Of a DNA stretch of 64,000 bases, positions 1-11,027 are shown piece by piece. The translations under genes were made by a program, and so were the position numbers. The DNA comes from Candidatus Omnitrophota bacterium (lineage in GTDB: Bacteria; Omnitrophota; Gorgyraeia; B26-G9): contig JBDRJV010000007.1 of the NCBI GenBank assembly GCA_043814605.1, positions 131,354 through 195,353 on the forward strand, given 5' to 3'. The notes beneath the pieces are model-generated. The model ran no database searches. It saw only the letters and a list, made by a program, of their open reading frames with translations, and was not told the DNA's origin. The stretch's first letter is position 1. Each line of letters opens with the position of its first letter.

Positions 1-1
1 A

Positions 2-3000
2 TCTTCGCAGGTTTATTTATCACCTGCCTTAAGCTTACCTGACCAGACTCTTGCCAACGGTTTTAGTAATTATTATGATTTAAAGCAAAAAAGTCTAGTT
101 AAGGAAAAAAATACGGAATTAAAGCCCAAAATCATGGATAGTTATCCAAAAACAGGATATAAGATTTACCGGTTTTTAACTAAGTCGTATGAGTATTTGT
201 TTTCTAAATTAAAGACATCCCTAAGTTCACGGCTTGTATTGGGGGCAATTACTTTTACCTATGTTTTTGTTTTTGGTTTTAAAACAATAGGAATGGCGTG
301 CTTATTTACAAGCTCAGCTATTTCCGCAGGGTTAATCGCTGCTCTTATCGCAACAAATATAAACATGAATTATCCCCTAAAGCAAAAGGTCACTTATTTG
401 TTCACATTAGGTTATATATTTTTACTTACCGGGGATTTTACTTATTTATCAAAAAACTTAACTAATTTTTACCCTGTTTCAGCTCAGGCAATAAATTCAG
501 ATGCGGTTAGTGATTTAAATCTGCCGATAAATCTTAATGCTCCGGTTACGGATGAGGACGGTGTGTATGAACTTTGTTGGGATACAGTGTCCGGGGCTAT
601 ACATTATGAGTTAGAAGAAGATACAATCCCTAATTTTATTAATCCTCTGAATACTTATCATCCTGCTGCATCTCGAAATACTTATACAACCCAGGCAAAA
701 GCCTGGGGAACTTATTATTATCGGATTAGATACTGGACGCAGACACAAGCTTCTGTATGGAGCGCAATAATTAGTGTAGATGTTTTCAACCCCAATACGA
801 AAAGTAAATCTGTTGATGAGTTGATTGTTGATTTAAGTAATAATGATGATAATACAAAGTTAGCTGCTGTTAAAGAGCTATATTACAGAAGAACGCAATC
901 TGGGCTTAATGCTATTGAAAAGCAGCAGCTTGAATCTGCAATTAGTGCTGCAGAAGAAAAAGTTGTTTGGCCTTGGATATATAAATCTTCTCTTAGCTCA
1001 GCTTATAATGAATTGCTTTATAGTATAGGAGAATCAATTGTTCCTCTTTTAATAGAAAACGTGGAAAAATATTATGATGACAAATATATCAAAAACTTAT
1101 ATTTTTCGAAATCAATTGATTCTGTGAGGGGAAGTTTTAAATTATTAGGAGAAATTGGACGTTTTGAACCAATATTTGAATTTTTATTAGCTAAGTCCCT
1201 TATTTGTCATTATGATAATCCATCTGCTTGTTTTTTTCCGGACGTACATGAGGAATGGGGTATCAAAGCTTTATTATATAGACAGTCAAAACTGAAATTA
1301 TTAGATTTATTAGCAAATCAAGAAGCAACCAGGGCCATATATATAGTAGACAGTTTAAAATTAATTAGTGTTCCTGAAGATCAAGTAATTATTGAATCAT
1401 TATTAACAAGACTTAAACAAACTACAGAAATTAGTGATTACAATGATTTATGGTATCAGATAAGTTTAGTGCAAGCATTTCATTATTTTGTAGATATTCG
1501 AGCTATTGATCTTTTGATTAATGTACTTATAAACACACAAGGGGAGCAAAAGGGGTATATAATTCTTGATCCCGTAAATCCTGAATACTCTGATTGGCCA
1601 GATCCATATAAGCAATGGGACAGGTTAGGGTATAAGTTACTTAATGAAACGGCTGGGGCTTTACTTAACCATAAATCTTTGATGAATAATGAGCAAATTA
1701 AAAGAACCGTTGAACGCTTGAATAGTATTTTAACAGAAATCGCTGATTCTACAGAGCCAATATATAATCGTCCTGTGCATCCTGAAGTTGATGGCGAAGA
1801 TATACCATTAATAGTTGGTAAATTTGCTTCAGAAATAGTTAATAATTTTGGAGAAGGGGATTTATTACAAGAAACAATAGATGTTCTTTTTAATGTAGTA
1901 GATAACTGTGAATCAGTATTGTTTGGTAATAGTGCAATGAAGGTATTGGGTAAATTTGGAGAAGTAATTTTTAGTATTCAATTTTTAGATAAAATGGGAC
2001 AGCAATTATATGCTGTGGCTAATAATGATCAATATGCAATGTCTCTTAGAGCAGGAGCGATTAATAGTATAGCGATGATGGATGATGCTCAGATGATCCC
2101 AGAGTTATTAGGGCTTAAGTCAGAATTAGGAGAAAATCATGAGTTAATAGTTGATATTGATAAGGCAATTAATGAAATACTTGGCCCCAATAAATTTGAT
2201 ATATTAAAAGCAGAGGGGGAGAATGAGTATACTTTGACCTGGGAACAAGCGAAAAGAAGCGAAGCAGTTAAATATGAAATACAGGAAGCGCAGGATGAAA
2301 AATTTACCCAGATTATTAATTCTTATTGGACAACAGCTGATTATTTGGAGATGAAAGATAAACAGCCAGGAACTTATTATTATCGGATTCGCGCGTATTA
2401 TGGAGAAATTGTTTCAGAGTGGTGTGGCTGGGATCACATATTAGTACCGGAACCGGAAAAAGCACCAGTACCAGAAACAGCAGCAGTACCAGAGCCAGCT
2501 GTGTGCTTTATCACTACTGCTGCGGGCTTATTGCCGGGTTTTATCCCCAGTATTCCGGATAAAAATGTTCAGATTGAATCACTTTCAGAAACTGAATCTC
2601 AGAAAAAACAAGTGCAAAGATTATTAAGGCAATTAAAACAAAATATTAAAGATATTAATAATGGCAAAATAAAAGACTATGAATTTGAAGCGCAATGGGA
2701 AGAAACAGCTAAAGTTTTATTTCAATACGGAGAAACAGCAGAAGATGCCTTAATCATTGCGTTAGAAGATTCTGCAATGCAAGTCAGAGGCTTTGCGGCT
2801 TATACCTTAGGACAAATGCAAAGTAAAAAGTCAGTCCCATCCCTGATTAATACTTTGAAAGATAAAAGCTGGCAGGTGCGTAGATTAACAGCAGAAGCGT
2901 TAGGAATAATTGATGATCAGAGAACGAGCAGCGCTCTAATCACACATTTATACACTAATGATAAACAACCGGTGAATAAAACAGTTTTATCCGCATTACG

Positions 3001-3952
3001 CAGCAAAGGGACAATGATTACACCGCTTTTAATTGAGGCTTTAGAAAAAAACCCTCTGCCGGAAATTATTGATTTAATTTCCGATAATTATGACGGGAGA
3101 GCCTTAAAAATTTTAAATAATCTGTATATAGAATTCAAAAAAAATAAAATAAATACAAATAATGTGCTTGAGGCACAGAGAAAAATAAAACAATTTAACA
3201 GCACAACTTTTCAAAGATATTATTCGTATTATGCCCAGAACGAATCTGAATTCCCGCAATTTTCAATCTCTTCCATAAATATTGAAAGGCTGAAGAATTC
3301 AAAATCAATAGCAGAATCAAATAGCATTATCAGTTTAGTTATTCAGGAAGGGAATAAAGCAACACGGTCTTTAATTATGGGCTTAGATTCAAGCAGTATG
3401 CATGTGCAAGAAATGTCTTTAATTGCATTAGCTAAATTATCCGCGCAAGAAAATGCAGGCGTGAACTCTTTATTTTATTCTTTGTTTTATAAAATATGGA
3501 CAGAAGAAACTAACCCTATACTTAAAAAACATGCATACAATGCCTTAATTAAAATGGGGCCAGCAATAGCCGCAGATTTGATGGAAAAGTTTGATAAACA
3601 GCCGGATCAAAATGCAATACTGTTATTATCTCGATTTAGAGATTCAATAATGATTGAACCTTTAATTAAAATTATTGAGAGTGATAACCAAAATATGTCT
3701 TTAAAATTACTGGCTGTGTATATACTGGGAGAGATGGGAAATAAAAGTGCGATAACGCCTTTAAAAAATATGCTGAAATTTGGGGGAGAAACTACACAGC
3801 GTGTTGTTAATAAAGCACTGGTAAAAATAAACTGGCGGGAAAATCAAATAAAAATTAAATCCATGAATAATTCTCAAAATATTAAATTAAAATGCAGACA
3901 AAAGCTTAGCTCAGTAGTGATTGAAAGAAAATTGATAGATCAAGCAATTTAA
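2..3952 (+). CDS. Large membrane/exported protein with two Fn3-like modules, HEAT/PBS-lyase repeats and an internal CFI-box-like motif (5' partial)
   Basis: The frame of ORF 134..3952 stays open to the window edge (2..133 reads SSQVYLSPALSLPDQTLANGF...KPKI). It has hydrophobic segments near the N-terminus and two modules of the form W..YE[LI].E....F....GTYYYRIR.....S.W (~566-785, ~2228-2445). HEAT repeats include VRGFAAYTLG, VRRLTAEALG and LKLLAVYILGEMG. Confidence 0.75.
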   Translation, partial: SSQVYLSPALSLPDQTLANGFSNYYDLKQKSLVKEKNTELKPKIMDSYPKTGYKIYRFLTKSYEYLFSKLKTSLSSRLVLGAITFTYVFVFGFKTIGMACLFTSSAISAGLIAALIATNINMNYPLKQKVTYLFTLGYIFLLTGDFTYLSKNLTNFYPVSAQAINSDAVSDLNLPINLNAPVTDEDGVYELCWDTVSGAIHYELEEDTIPNFINPLNTYHPAASRNTYTTQAKAWGTYYYRIRYWTQTQASVWSAIISVDVFNPNTKSKSVDELIVDLSNNDDNTKLAAVKELYYRRTQSGLNAIEKQQLESAISAAEEKVVWPWIYKSSLSSAYNELLYSIGESIVPLLIENVEKYYDDKYIKNLYFSKSIDSVRGSFKLLGEIGRFEPIFEFLLAKSLICHYDNPSACFFPDVHEEWGIKALLYRQSKLKLLDLLANQEATRAIYIVDSLKLISVPEDQVIIESLLTRLKQTTEISDYNDLWYQISLVQAFHYFVDIRAIDLLINVLINTQGEQKGYIILDPVNPEYSDWPDPYKQWDRLGYKLLNETAGALLNHKSLMNNEQIKRTVERLNSILTEIADSTEPIYNRPVHPEVDGEDIPLIVGKFASEIVNNFGEGDLLQETIDVLFNVVDNCESVLFGNSAMKVLGKFGEVIFSIQFLDKMGQQLYAVANNDQYAMSLRAGAINSIAMMDDAQMIPELLGLKSELGENHELIVDIDKAINEILGPNKFDILKAEGENEYTLTWEQAKRSEAVKYEIQEAQDEKFTQIINSYWTTADYLEMKDKQPGTYYYRIRAYYGEIVSEWCGWDHILVPEPEKAPVPETAAVPEPAVCFITTAAGLLPGFIPSIPDKNVQIESLSETESQKKQVQRLLRQLKQNIKDINNGKIKDYEFEAQWEETAKVLFQYGETAEDALIIALEDSAMQVRGFAAYTLGQMQSKKSVPSLINTLKDKSWQVRRLTAEALGIIDDQRTSSALITHLYTNDKQPVNKTVLSALRSKGTMITPLLIEALEKNPLPEIIDLISDNYDGRALKILNNLYIEFKKNKINTNNVLEAQRKIKQFNSTTFQRYYSYYAQNESEFPQFSISSINIERLKNSKSIAESNSIISLVIQEGNKATRSLIMGLDSSSMHVQEMSLIALAKLSAQENAGVNSLFYSLFYKIWTEETNPILKKHAYNALIKMGPAIAADLMEKFDKQPDQNAILLLSRFRDSIMIEPLIKIIESDNQNMSLKLLAVYILGEMGNKSAITPLKNMLKFGGETTQRVVNKALVKINWRENQIKIKSMNNSQNIKLKCRQKLSSVVIERKLIDQAI

Positions 3953-3966
3953 AGCAACGAATTGCC

Positions 3967-4006
3967 AAAACCCGTATTATTTAAGATTTATAATAGGGTT
4001 TTTTTT
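3967..4006 (+). terminator. Rho-independent terminator
   Basis: aaaacccgtatta...taatagggtttttttt hairpin plus U-tract just after the stop codon. Confidence 0.7.
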
Positions 4007-4060
4007 ATGTTCAGATTATGATAAGATAATCAAAAGTCAAAAAATTTGTGATCAAGATAA

Positions 4061-5188
<1,128 letters not shown>

Positions 5189-5258
5189 AAATCCTATCTT
5201 GTTGATTTTAAAGTTGTTACATTAAAATCTAACTTAACATAATTTTTTTTGTTTTGAG

Positions 5259-5287
5259 TTGAAAATTTACTAAATTTCAGGTATACT
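5259..5287 (+). promoter_or_regulatory. Sigma70-type promoter of the 5404 gene
   Basis: TTGAAA-N17-TATACT. Confidence 0.65.
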
Positions 5288-5403
5288 TTAGCACTCGCAT
5301 ATTTCCTTATTTATTACCAAAATATGTAAATATTAAAGTATAGTTAATTTTAAATAACAATTAATAACAAATTTGCCAAGGATAAGTTTTAGGGGAGAAA
5401 AAT

Positions 5404-7503
5404 ATGGCTTTCAAAAAAATCTTAAATAAAACTATAGCAATACTTGTAATTTCGACTTTTCTTTTTTGTCCATCATTGTCAGCGTTACCTTTGTCAAATA
5501 GTTCAAGTGCACGTTTAGCAGGGACATGTCTTGCTCCTTCGCTTAATCTGCAATCTGTAGACTTACAACAAGCCTTACTTAGACAAAATAAAAGATGGGT
5601 GAATACATTAGATGAGTTAAAAACATTGCATCCAGAAGTTTATGATAAGGTTATCGAGTTTCGAACCCTATTAGCTGAAATAGTTCCGAGTATTCCGGAA
5701 ATAGAACTTGCGGATAGAAAAGGGGTAAACGATGTAGTCGTAAAAGAAGGCATGACCTTTGGAGATTTAAAAAGGCAGTACCAGGAATTGAATGATATGG
5801 TTGAAAAAGTTGCTGTGCCAAAAGAAATACCGCCTTTTTCTGATGAGGAATTAAGTGATGATTTATTGGAACAGAAACAGTTGTCTATCGAATTTATTCA
5901 GAATTACATCAACAACAATTCACAACTTACAGAAAAACAAAAAGAAATTTTAGGCAGATGGGCAAGTTATTCGCTGCTTTATCAATTAGCTCATGTGATC
6001 GATACTTCCCCGGCGCAAGAGCGAGCATTACTTTATGCACGAGTAAGAGGAGGTTTTAAGGAGATAGTTGGTAAAGTTATACAATATTATAAAATGATAC
6101 AAGATGGGCAGGTTAATCCGGATGGAAAACTTTCTTTGCGTTTGAGCCCTGATGATACAACTACTAAAGTAGAAGCTGAACTGATAAAGAATCCTGATGG
6201 CAGTTATAGAAAAATGGTAGTTCCCACCTTCCCTTTAAAATCAGATCCATTTCATTTTGGCCAGATAATTACGATGTTAAATAATTTAATTGCTTGTAAG
6301 GCGGATAAATATATAATTTTGTTAGATAACTTTGATCCCCGTAAAGAAAGTTTAACTTCCATAATACTGCGGGAAATACAGGTCAAAATTATGGTAAATC
6401 TTTTGAATGAATTATTTGATAATAAAGAAGTTGTAATATATTCTCCTTGGATGAAAGACGACCATACTTTTGATCGGAGCGGAGAACATGTGTTGGAGGA
6501 AGAAGGAGGATTGATTGATTTAAATCTTCAAGAAAAACCAGATCTTTTGGATTTCATCGTACCTTCCCATGGAGCAGGCGGTGATCACGCGCGTGTATTA
6601 TATCCGGAAGAAAAAGAAGGCGCAGGGATTGATTCTTTTGGTAGATTTGCGTGGATGGTATATGCATTGGCACAAAAACATAATTTAAGTAGTGATTCTT
6701 ACTGGCAGGAATTTACTAATTGGCGTTCGGGTGAGGGAAGTTCGGATTTATTAAACAGGGTGGTGGAATTTATCATTGCCGGGATACCGGATATGCCAAA
6801 AGTTGAAATAGTTACTGAGAAACAGAATTTAAATGTTTCTTCTACTGATTTACGGGAGAATTATATCTGGGCATTGGTGCCATACGAAATTGCGAAATTT
6901 TTAGCATTAATACATGGCAGCCGCTGGGAAAATTCCGAAGAAGTTAGCGAAAATGAAACAAAAAACCAGCATATTATTGCTGAACAAGTAATTGATTATA
7001 TTAGGGATTCTCTAAACTATATGAGAGGCGATCTAGAAGCGGTGCAAGTTAGACAAATACTTGATTTGTTAAAGTCAGCACGGGGATTAGCGCTAGAAGA
7101 AATAGATAGGTTTATTTCTTTTAATAGAGATGCGCTGATGTCCCTACAGATGAATAATAAAAATAAAGGAAAAATTGATTTATCTAAATATGAAAAAAGT
7201 CCTTTTATTTTTACATGGGAATCAAATGATGTAAAAAGAGATATTAAAAGAATAGAGGCATTACGAAATTTATTATCTAAATATGTGGATAATTTATGGG
7301 AAAAACATAAAAATGATTCAGATTTTGTTCTCCCTACTTCGACTAAATATAAAATAGAACTGGCAGAAGAATTTGGCCTGAGAGGTGTTGAGAAAAGAAC
7401 GAATGAGTTTCCGGTGAATATTATTTTTTCCATGGAAGAATTTTTAAAATTAAAGAGAAGATTGAATGAGTCAAATATGCTGAGAGTTGAGATGGCAATT
7501 TAA
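5404..7503 (+). CDS. Exported protein with a divergent HxGH-superfamily (NadD/CoaD-like) nucleotidyltransferase domain
   Basis: Signal peptide MAFKKILNKTIAILVISTFLFCPSLSA. Motifs SDPFHFGQ, GAGGD, VSSTDLRE and LVPYEIAKFL parallel NadD FDPxHxGH / GxD / ISSTxIR / LVPxxVxxYI. SD GGGGAG. Confidence 0.6.
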   Translation: MAFKKILNKTIAILVISTFLFCPSLSALPLSNSSSARLAGTCLAPSLNLQSVDLQQALLRQNKRWVNTLDELKTLHPEVYDKVIEFRTLLAEIVPSIPEIELADRKGVNDVVVKEGMTFGDLKRQYQELNDMVEKVAVPKEIPPFSDEELSDDLLEQKQLSIEFIQNYINNNSQLTEKQKEILGRWASYSLLYQLAHVIDTSPAQERALLYARVRGGFKEIVGKVIQYYKMIQDGQVNPDGKLSLRLSPDDTTTKVEAELIKNPDGSYRKMVVPTFPLKSDPFHFGQIITMLNNLIACKADKYIILLDNFDPRKESLTSIILREIQVKIMVNLLNELFDNKEVVIYSPWMKDDHTFDRSGEHVLEEEGGLIDLNLQEKPDLLDFIVPSHGAGGDHARVLYPEEKEGAGIDSFGRFAWMVYALAQKHNLSSDSYWQEFTNWRSGEGSSDLLNRVVEFIIAGIPDMPKVEIVTEKQNLNVSSTDLRENYIWALVPYEIAKFLALIHGSRWENSEEVSENETKNQHIIAEQVIDYIRDSLNYMRGDLEAVQVRQILDLLKSARGLALEEIDRFISFNRDALMSLQMNNKNKGKIDLSKYEKSPFIFTWESNDVKRDIKRIEALRNLLSKYVDNLWEKHKNDSDFVLPTSTKYKIELAEEFGLRGVEKRTNEFPVNIIFSMEEFLKLKRRLNESNMLRVEMAI

Positions 7504-7580
7504 TTTTTAGGGATGTTTTATTACTCAACTACATAAAAATCAAAAGTAGTATAATATTAAAGAAAAAATATAAAAACACC

Positions 7581-7614
7581 AAAAGGTATATCTGATATAA
7601 ATATACCTTTTTTT
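7581..7614 (+). terminator. Rho-independent terminator
   Basis: aaaaggtatat-loop-atataccttttttt. Confidence 0.65.
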
Positions 7615-7772
7615 ATTTCTATTGCCGAAACCATAAAAAAACAAAATTTTTAAATTTAATGTAGATTATTAGTTAATTGTATTATATACTAATTAACACT
7701 TAAGTTATGTTAACTAAAAATTCTTAATTTAAAGCGATTTACTATGTTAAAATTAATTAAGGGAGGAAAGGA

Positions 7773-8102
7773 ATGTTTTTTGAATCAGTAGCTTTCGCAC
7801 AAGGTGCAGCAGGCGGCACAGGCCAAACTCAGAGTGGTTTCTTAGTTTTATTTCCTATGTATGTAATTATTTTTCTGGTTTTTTATTTCTTTTTGATCCG
7901 TCCGCAGCAAAAGCAGCAAAAAGAAAAACTGGATATGATTGCAAAAGTTAAAAAAAACGATGAAGTTATTACCGTCGGCGGCATACACGGGACAATTGTG
8001 AATGTAAAAGAAAAAACAGTGGTCATGAAAGTCGATGATAATGTAAAAATTGAATTTGATAAAAATTCTATTTCACTGGTAAAAAAATCAAGACAGTCAT
8101 AA
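7773..8102 (+). CDS. yajC: Preprotein translocase subunit YajC
   Basis: FYFFLIRPQQK and DEVITVGGIHGTI motifs; lies upstream of secDF. Confidence 0.95.
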   Translation: MFFESVAFAQGAAGGTGQTQSGFLVLFPMYVIIFLVFYFFLIRPQQKQQKEKLDMIAKVKKNDEVITVGGIHGTIVNVKEKTVVMKVDDNVKIEFDKNSISLVKKSRQS

Positions 8103-8141
8103 TATTAATTTTTTCAATCAGCTTAATGCAGGGAGGATTGC

Positions 8142-10322
8142 ATGCCGAAAAATATGAAAGTTAAATTTTTATTAATTATCGCCCTGGTTTTGTTTTGCGT
8201 TTGGGTGATTTATCCGCTTAATGAAAAGATTAATCTGGGACTTGACCTGCAGGGAGGGATTTTTCTTACCCTGCGTGTAGATATGGATAAACTTCCGGAT
8301 AAGATTAAGGATGACGTGCGCAGTGATATTGTTGACCGGACAATTGAAATTATCCGAAAAAGAATTGACCAATTCGGGGTGAAAGAACCTTCGATATCCC
8401 GCCAGGGAGCGGATAGAATTATCGTCCAATTACCCGGAGTTACGGATCGAACCCGGGCACTTAAACTGATCGGAAAAACAGCACAACTGGAATTTAGACT
8501 GGTATCCGACGATCAGGAGTTAAGGCAGGAAGCAATCTCAGGTGAGATTCCCGAGGGCTATGAATTAAAATACGATGAAGAAGAGGAAGCGTTGCTGCTG
8601 GAGAAAACATCAGTGATGACAGGGGAAAGTTTGGCCGATGCAATTTTAAGCCGGGATAATTATGGAAGGCCGAGTGTAAAGCTTGAATTTACGAGTAAAG
8701 GCTCAAATATGTTTTCCAATATCACCGGAGCTAATGTAAATCGCAGATTAGCCATTGTATTAGACGGTGAAGTTTATTCTGCACCGGTTATCCGCGAGAG
8801 AATATCCGGCGGTAATGCAGAAATAACCGGTAATTTTAGTAACGAACGCGCTAAGGATTTGGCTACTGTATTACGCACCGGTGCATTGCCGGCACCAATT
8901 GAGATTGCCGAAGAAAGAACCGTGGGACCGTTGCTGGGACAGGATTCAGTCAAAAGCGGCGTAAATGCAACCATAATCGGCGGCATTGCAGTTATAGTTT
9001 TTATGGCGGGATATTATTTTATCGGAGGAATTTTAGCAAATATTGCTCTGGTTTTGAATATTTTAATAGTCCTTGCGGCATTAGTAATTATGAAAGCAAC
9101 TTTAACCTTACCGGGTATTGCGGGTATTGGCTTAACGATTGGCATGGCGGTTGATGCTAATGTGCTGATTAATGAAAGAATCAGAGAAGAATTAAAATTA
9201 GGTAAATCCGTACGTACGGCAATTAATAATGGATATGGATATGGCCGGGCTTTTCCGGCAATTTTAGATTCAAATGTTACTACGATTATTGCTTCCGTTT
9301 TACTGGTTTGGTTAGGTTCAGGCCCCATACGCGGTTTTGGGTTGACTTTGATCATCGGTTTGGTTGCCAGTATGTTTACAGCAATTATGGTAACACGTTT
9401 GTTAATTGATATGCTTAGCTTAAGATGGAAAAACCTGCCGCTAAAAATGCTGCAATTAATTCCCGAGACAAAAATTGATTTTATTAAAGTGCGTTGGATT
9501 TGCTATACAATATCGGCAATATTAATTTGTGTGGGATTATTTTTCTTTGGCCAAAAAGGCGAAGCTAATTATGGGATTGATTTTACCGGAGGAGCATTAC
9601 AAGAATTTAAGTTTGAAAAAATTATAGAAATTGACCAATTAAGAGCTTCAATGGCAAAAATTGGTTTAGCGGATGCTCTGATCCAGCAGGATCAAAAAGA
9701 TAAAAGCGTGGTTTTAATCCGAACTGAAGAAAATAAAGCTGATGAGATAAGCCAGGAATTTAGCGCTACCTTTGCGGATAATCCGGCCCAAATATTAAGT
9801 GTAGAAAGCGTGGGCCCGGTTGTGGGAAAACTGCTTAAGAAAAACGCAGCATTAGCGCTTTCCTTAGCGCTTTTGAGTATTTGTATTTATATCTGGATTA
9901 GATTTCGGGATTTTGCTTACGGAGTGGCGGGAGTAGTATCCCTTTTTCACGATGTTTTAGTAGCAATTGCTTTGTGTACTTTGACTAACCGTCCGATAGA
10001 TTTATTAATTATTACGGCTTTAATGACTGTAGCTGGCTATTCTATTAATGATACAATTGTTACCTATGACCGAATCCGGGAAAACTTAAGAATAATGCGT
10101 AAGACAACTTTTAAAGATATTATCAATATCAGTATTAACCAGACTTTAGGCCGGACAATTTGGACTTCTGTGACTACAATCTGTATTGTGCTGGCGTTAT
10201 ATTTCATGGGAGGCAAGGTATTACACAATTTTGCTTTTATTTTATTGATTGGTTTCATCAGCGGAGTTTATTCAACGGTGTTTATTGCCAGCCCCCTGAT
10301 TTATGCTTGGGAAAAAAAGTAA
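8142..10322 (+). CDS. secDF: Fused protein translocase subunit SecDF
   Basis: SecD motifs LGLDLQGG, GMAVDANVLI and DSNVTT followed by SecF motifs GIDFTGG and GYSINDTIV. Confidence 0.95.
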   Translation: MPKNMKVKFLLIIALVLFCVWVIYPLNEKINLGLDLQGGIFLTLRVDMDKLPDKIKDDVRSDIVDRTIEIIRKRIDQFGVKEPSISRQGADRIIVQLPGVTDRTRALKLIGKTAQLEFRLVSDDQELRQEAISGEIPEGYELKYDEEEEALLLEKTSVMTGESLADAILSRDNYGRPSVKLEFTSKGSNMFSNITGANVNRRLAIVLDGEVYSAPVIRERISGGNAEITGNFSNERAKDLATVLRTGALPAPIEIAEERTVGPLLGQDSVKSGVNATIIGGIAVIVFMAGYYFIGGILANIALVLNILIVLAALVIMKATLTLPGIAGIGLTIGMAVDANVLINERIREELKLGKSVRTAINNGYGYGRAFPAILDSNVTTIIASVLLVWLGSGPIRGFGLTLIIGLVASMFTAIMVTRLLIDMLSLRWKNLPLKMLQLIPETKIDFIKVRWICYTISAILICVGLFFFGQKGEANYGIDFTGGALQEFKFEKIIEIDQLRASMAKIGLADALIQQDQKDKSVVLIRTEENKADEISQEFSATFADNPAQILSVESVGPVVGKLLKKNAALALSLALLSICIYIWIRFRDFAYGVAGVVSLFHDVLVAIALCTLTNRPIDLLIITALMTVAGYSINDTIVTYDRIRENLRIMRKTTFKDIINISINQTLGRTIWTSVTTICIVLALYFMGGKVLHNFAFILLIGFISGVYSTVFIASPLIYAWEKK

Positions 10323-10349
10323 GGCAGAGGAGTAGTAAAGAGAAAAAGC

Positions 10350-10985
10350 GTGATTTTTATGAGTGAGAAAATTGATTGTTTAAAAAAATGTTTTTTTGCC
10401 GGAGTTTGTTCGGAAAACCCGGTTTTCCGATTAATGCTGGGGCTTTGCCCAACACTTGCGGTTACCGTAACAGCAGAAAATGGGCTGGCTATTGGCGTGG
10501 CCGCAACTTTTGTTTTACTGGGGTCAAATTTTATTATTTCACTAGTAAAAAATTATATCCCGACACAGGTAAGAATCCCTTGTTTTATTTTAATTATTGC
10601 TACATTTGTCACAATTGCCAAACTCATTTTGCAAGCTTATTTCCCGTTAGTTTATGCAAAACTGGGTTTGTTTGTCGATATTATGGTGGTTAATTGTATA
10701 ATTCTAGGCAGGGCAGAGGCGTTTGCTAGTAAAAACACACTGAAAATGTCTATTGCCGATGCCTTAGGTATGGGAATCGGATTTACATTAGCAGCGGGAA
10801 TAATTGGTTCCCTGCGGGAGATACTTGGTGCAGGAAAGCTTTTTGGTATTCCGATAATGGGTGAATATTTCAATCCGGCCATAGCGATGATTTTACCTCC
10901 TGGAGCATTTATTACAATTGGAATATTAATGGCAATTTTAAATAAGATAAAAAATTTAAAAACCGGCCAAAAATGTAATCCTTAG
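10350..10985 (+). CDS. rnfE: Electron transport complex subunit RnfE/RsxE
   Basis: LGLCPTLAVT, VNCIILGRAEAFA, LPPGAF. Confidence 0.9.
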   Translation: MIFMSEKIDCLKKCFFAGVCSENPVFRLMLGLCPTLAVTVTAENGLAIGVAATFVLLGSNFIISLVKNYIPTQVRIPCFILIIATFVTIAKLILQAYFPLVYAKLGLFVDIMVVNCIILGRAEAFASKNTLKMSIADALGMGIGFTLAAGIIGSLREILGAGKLFGIPIMGEYFNPAIAMILPPGAFITIGILMAILNKIKNLKTGQKCNP

Positions 10986-11027
10986 AATTCAGCTTAATTC
11001 AGCTGAGAAAAGGAAAAGAGCATAAAA

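Noticed and set aside
5288-5296. TTAGCACTC (CIRCE left arm) right after the -10 box of the 5404 gene
   Set aside because: There is no GAGTGCTAA right arm at 9-nt spacing; a half-site alone does not support HrcA control.
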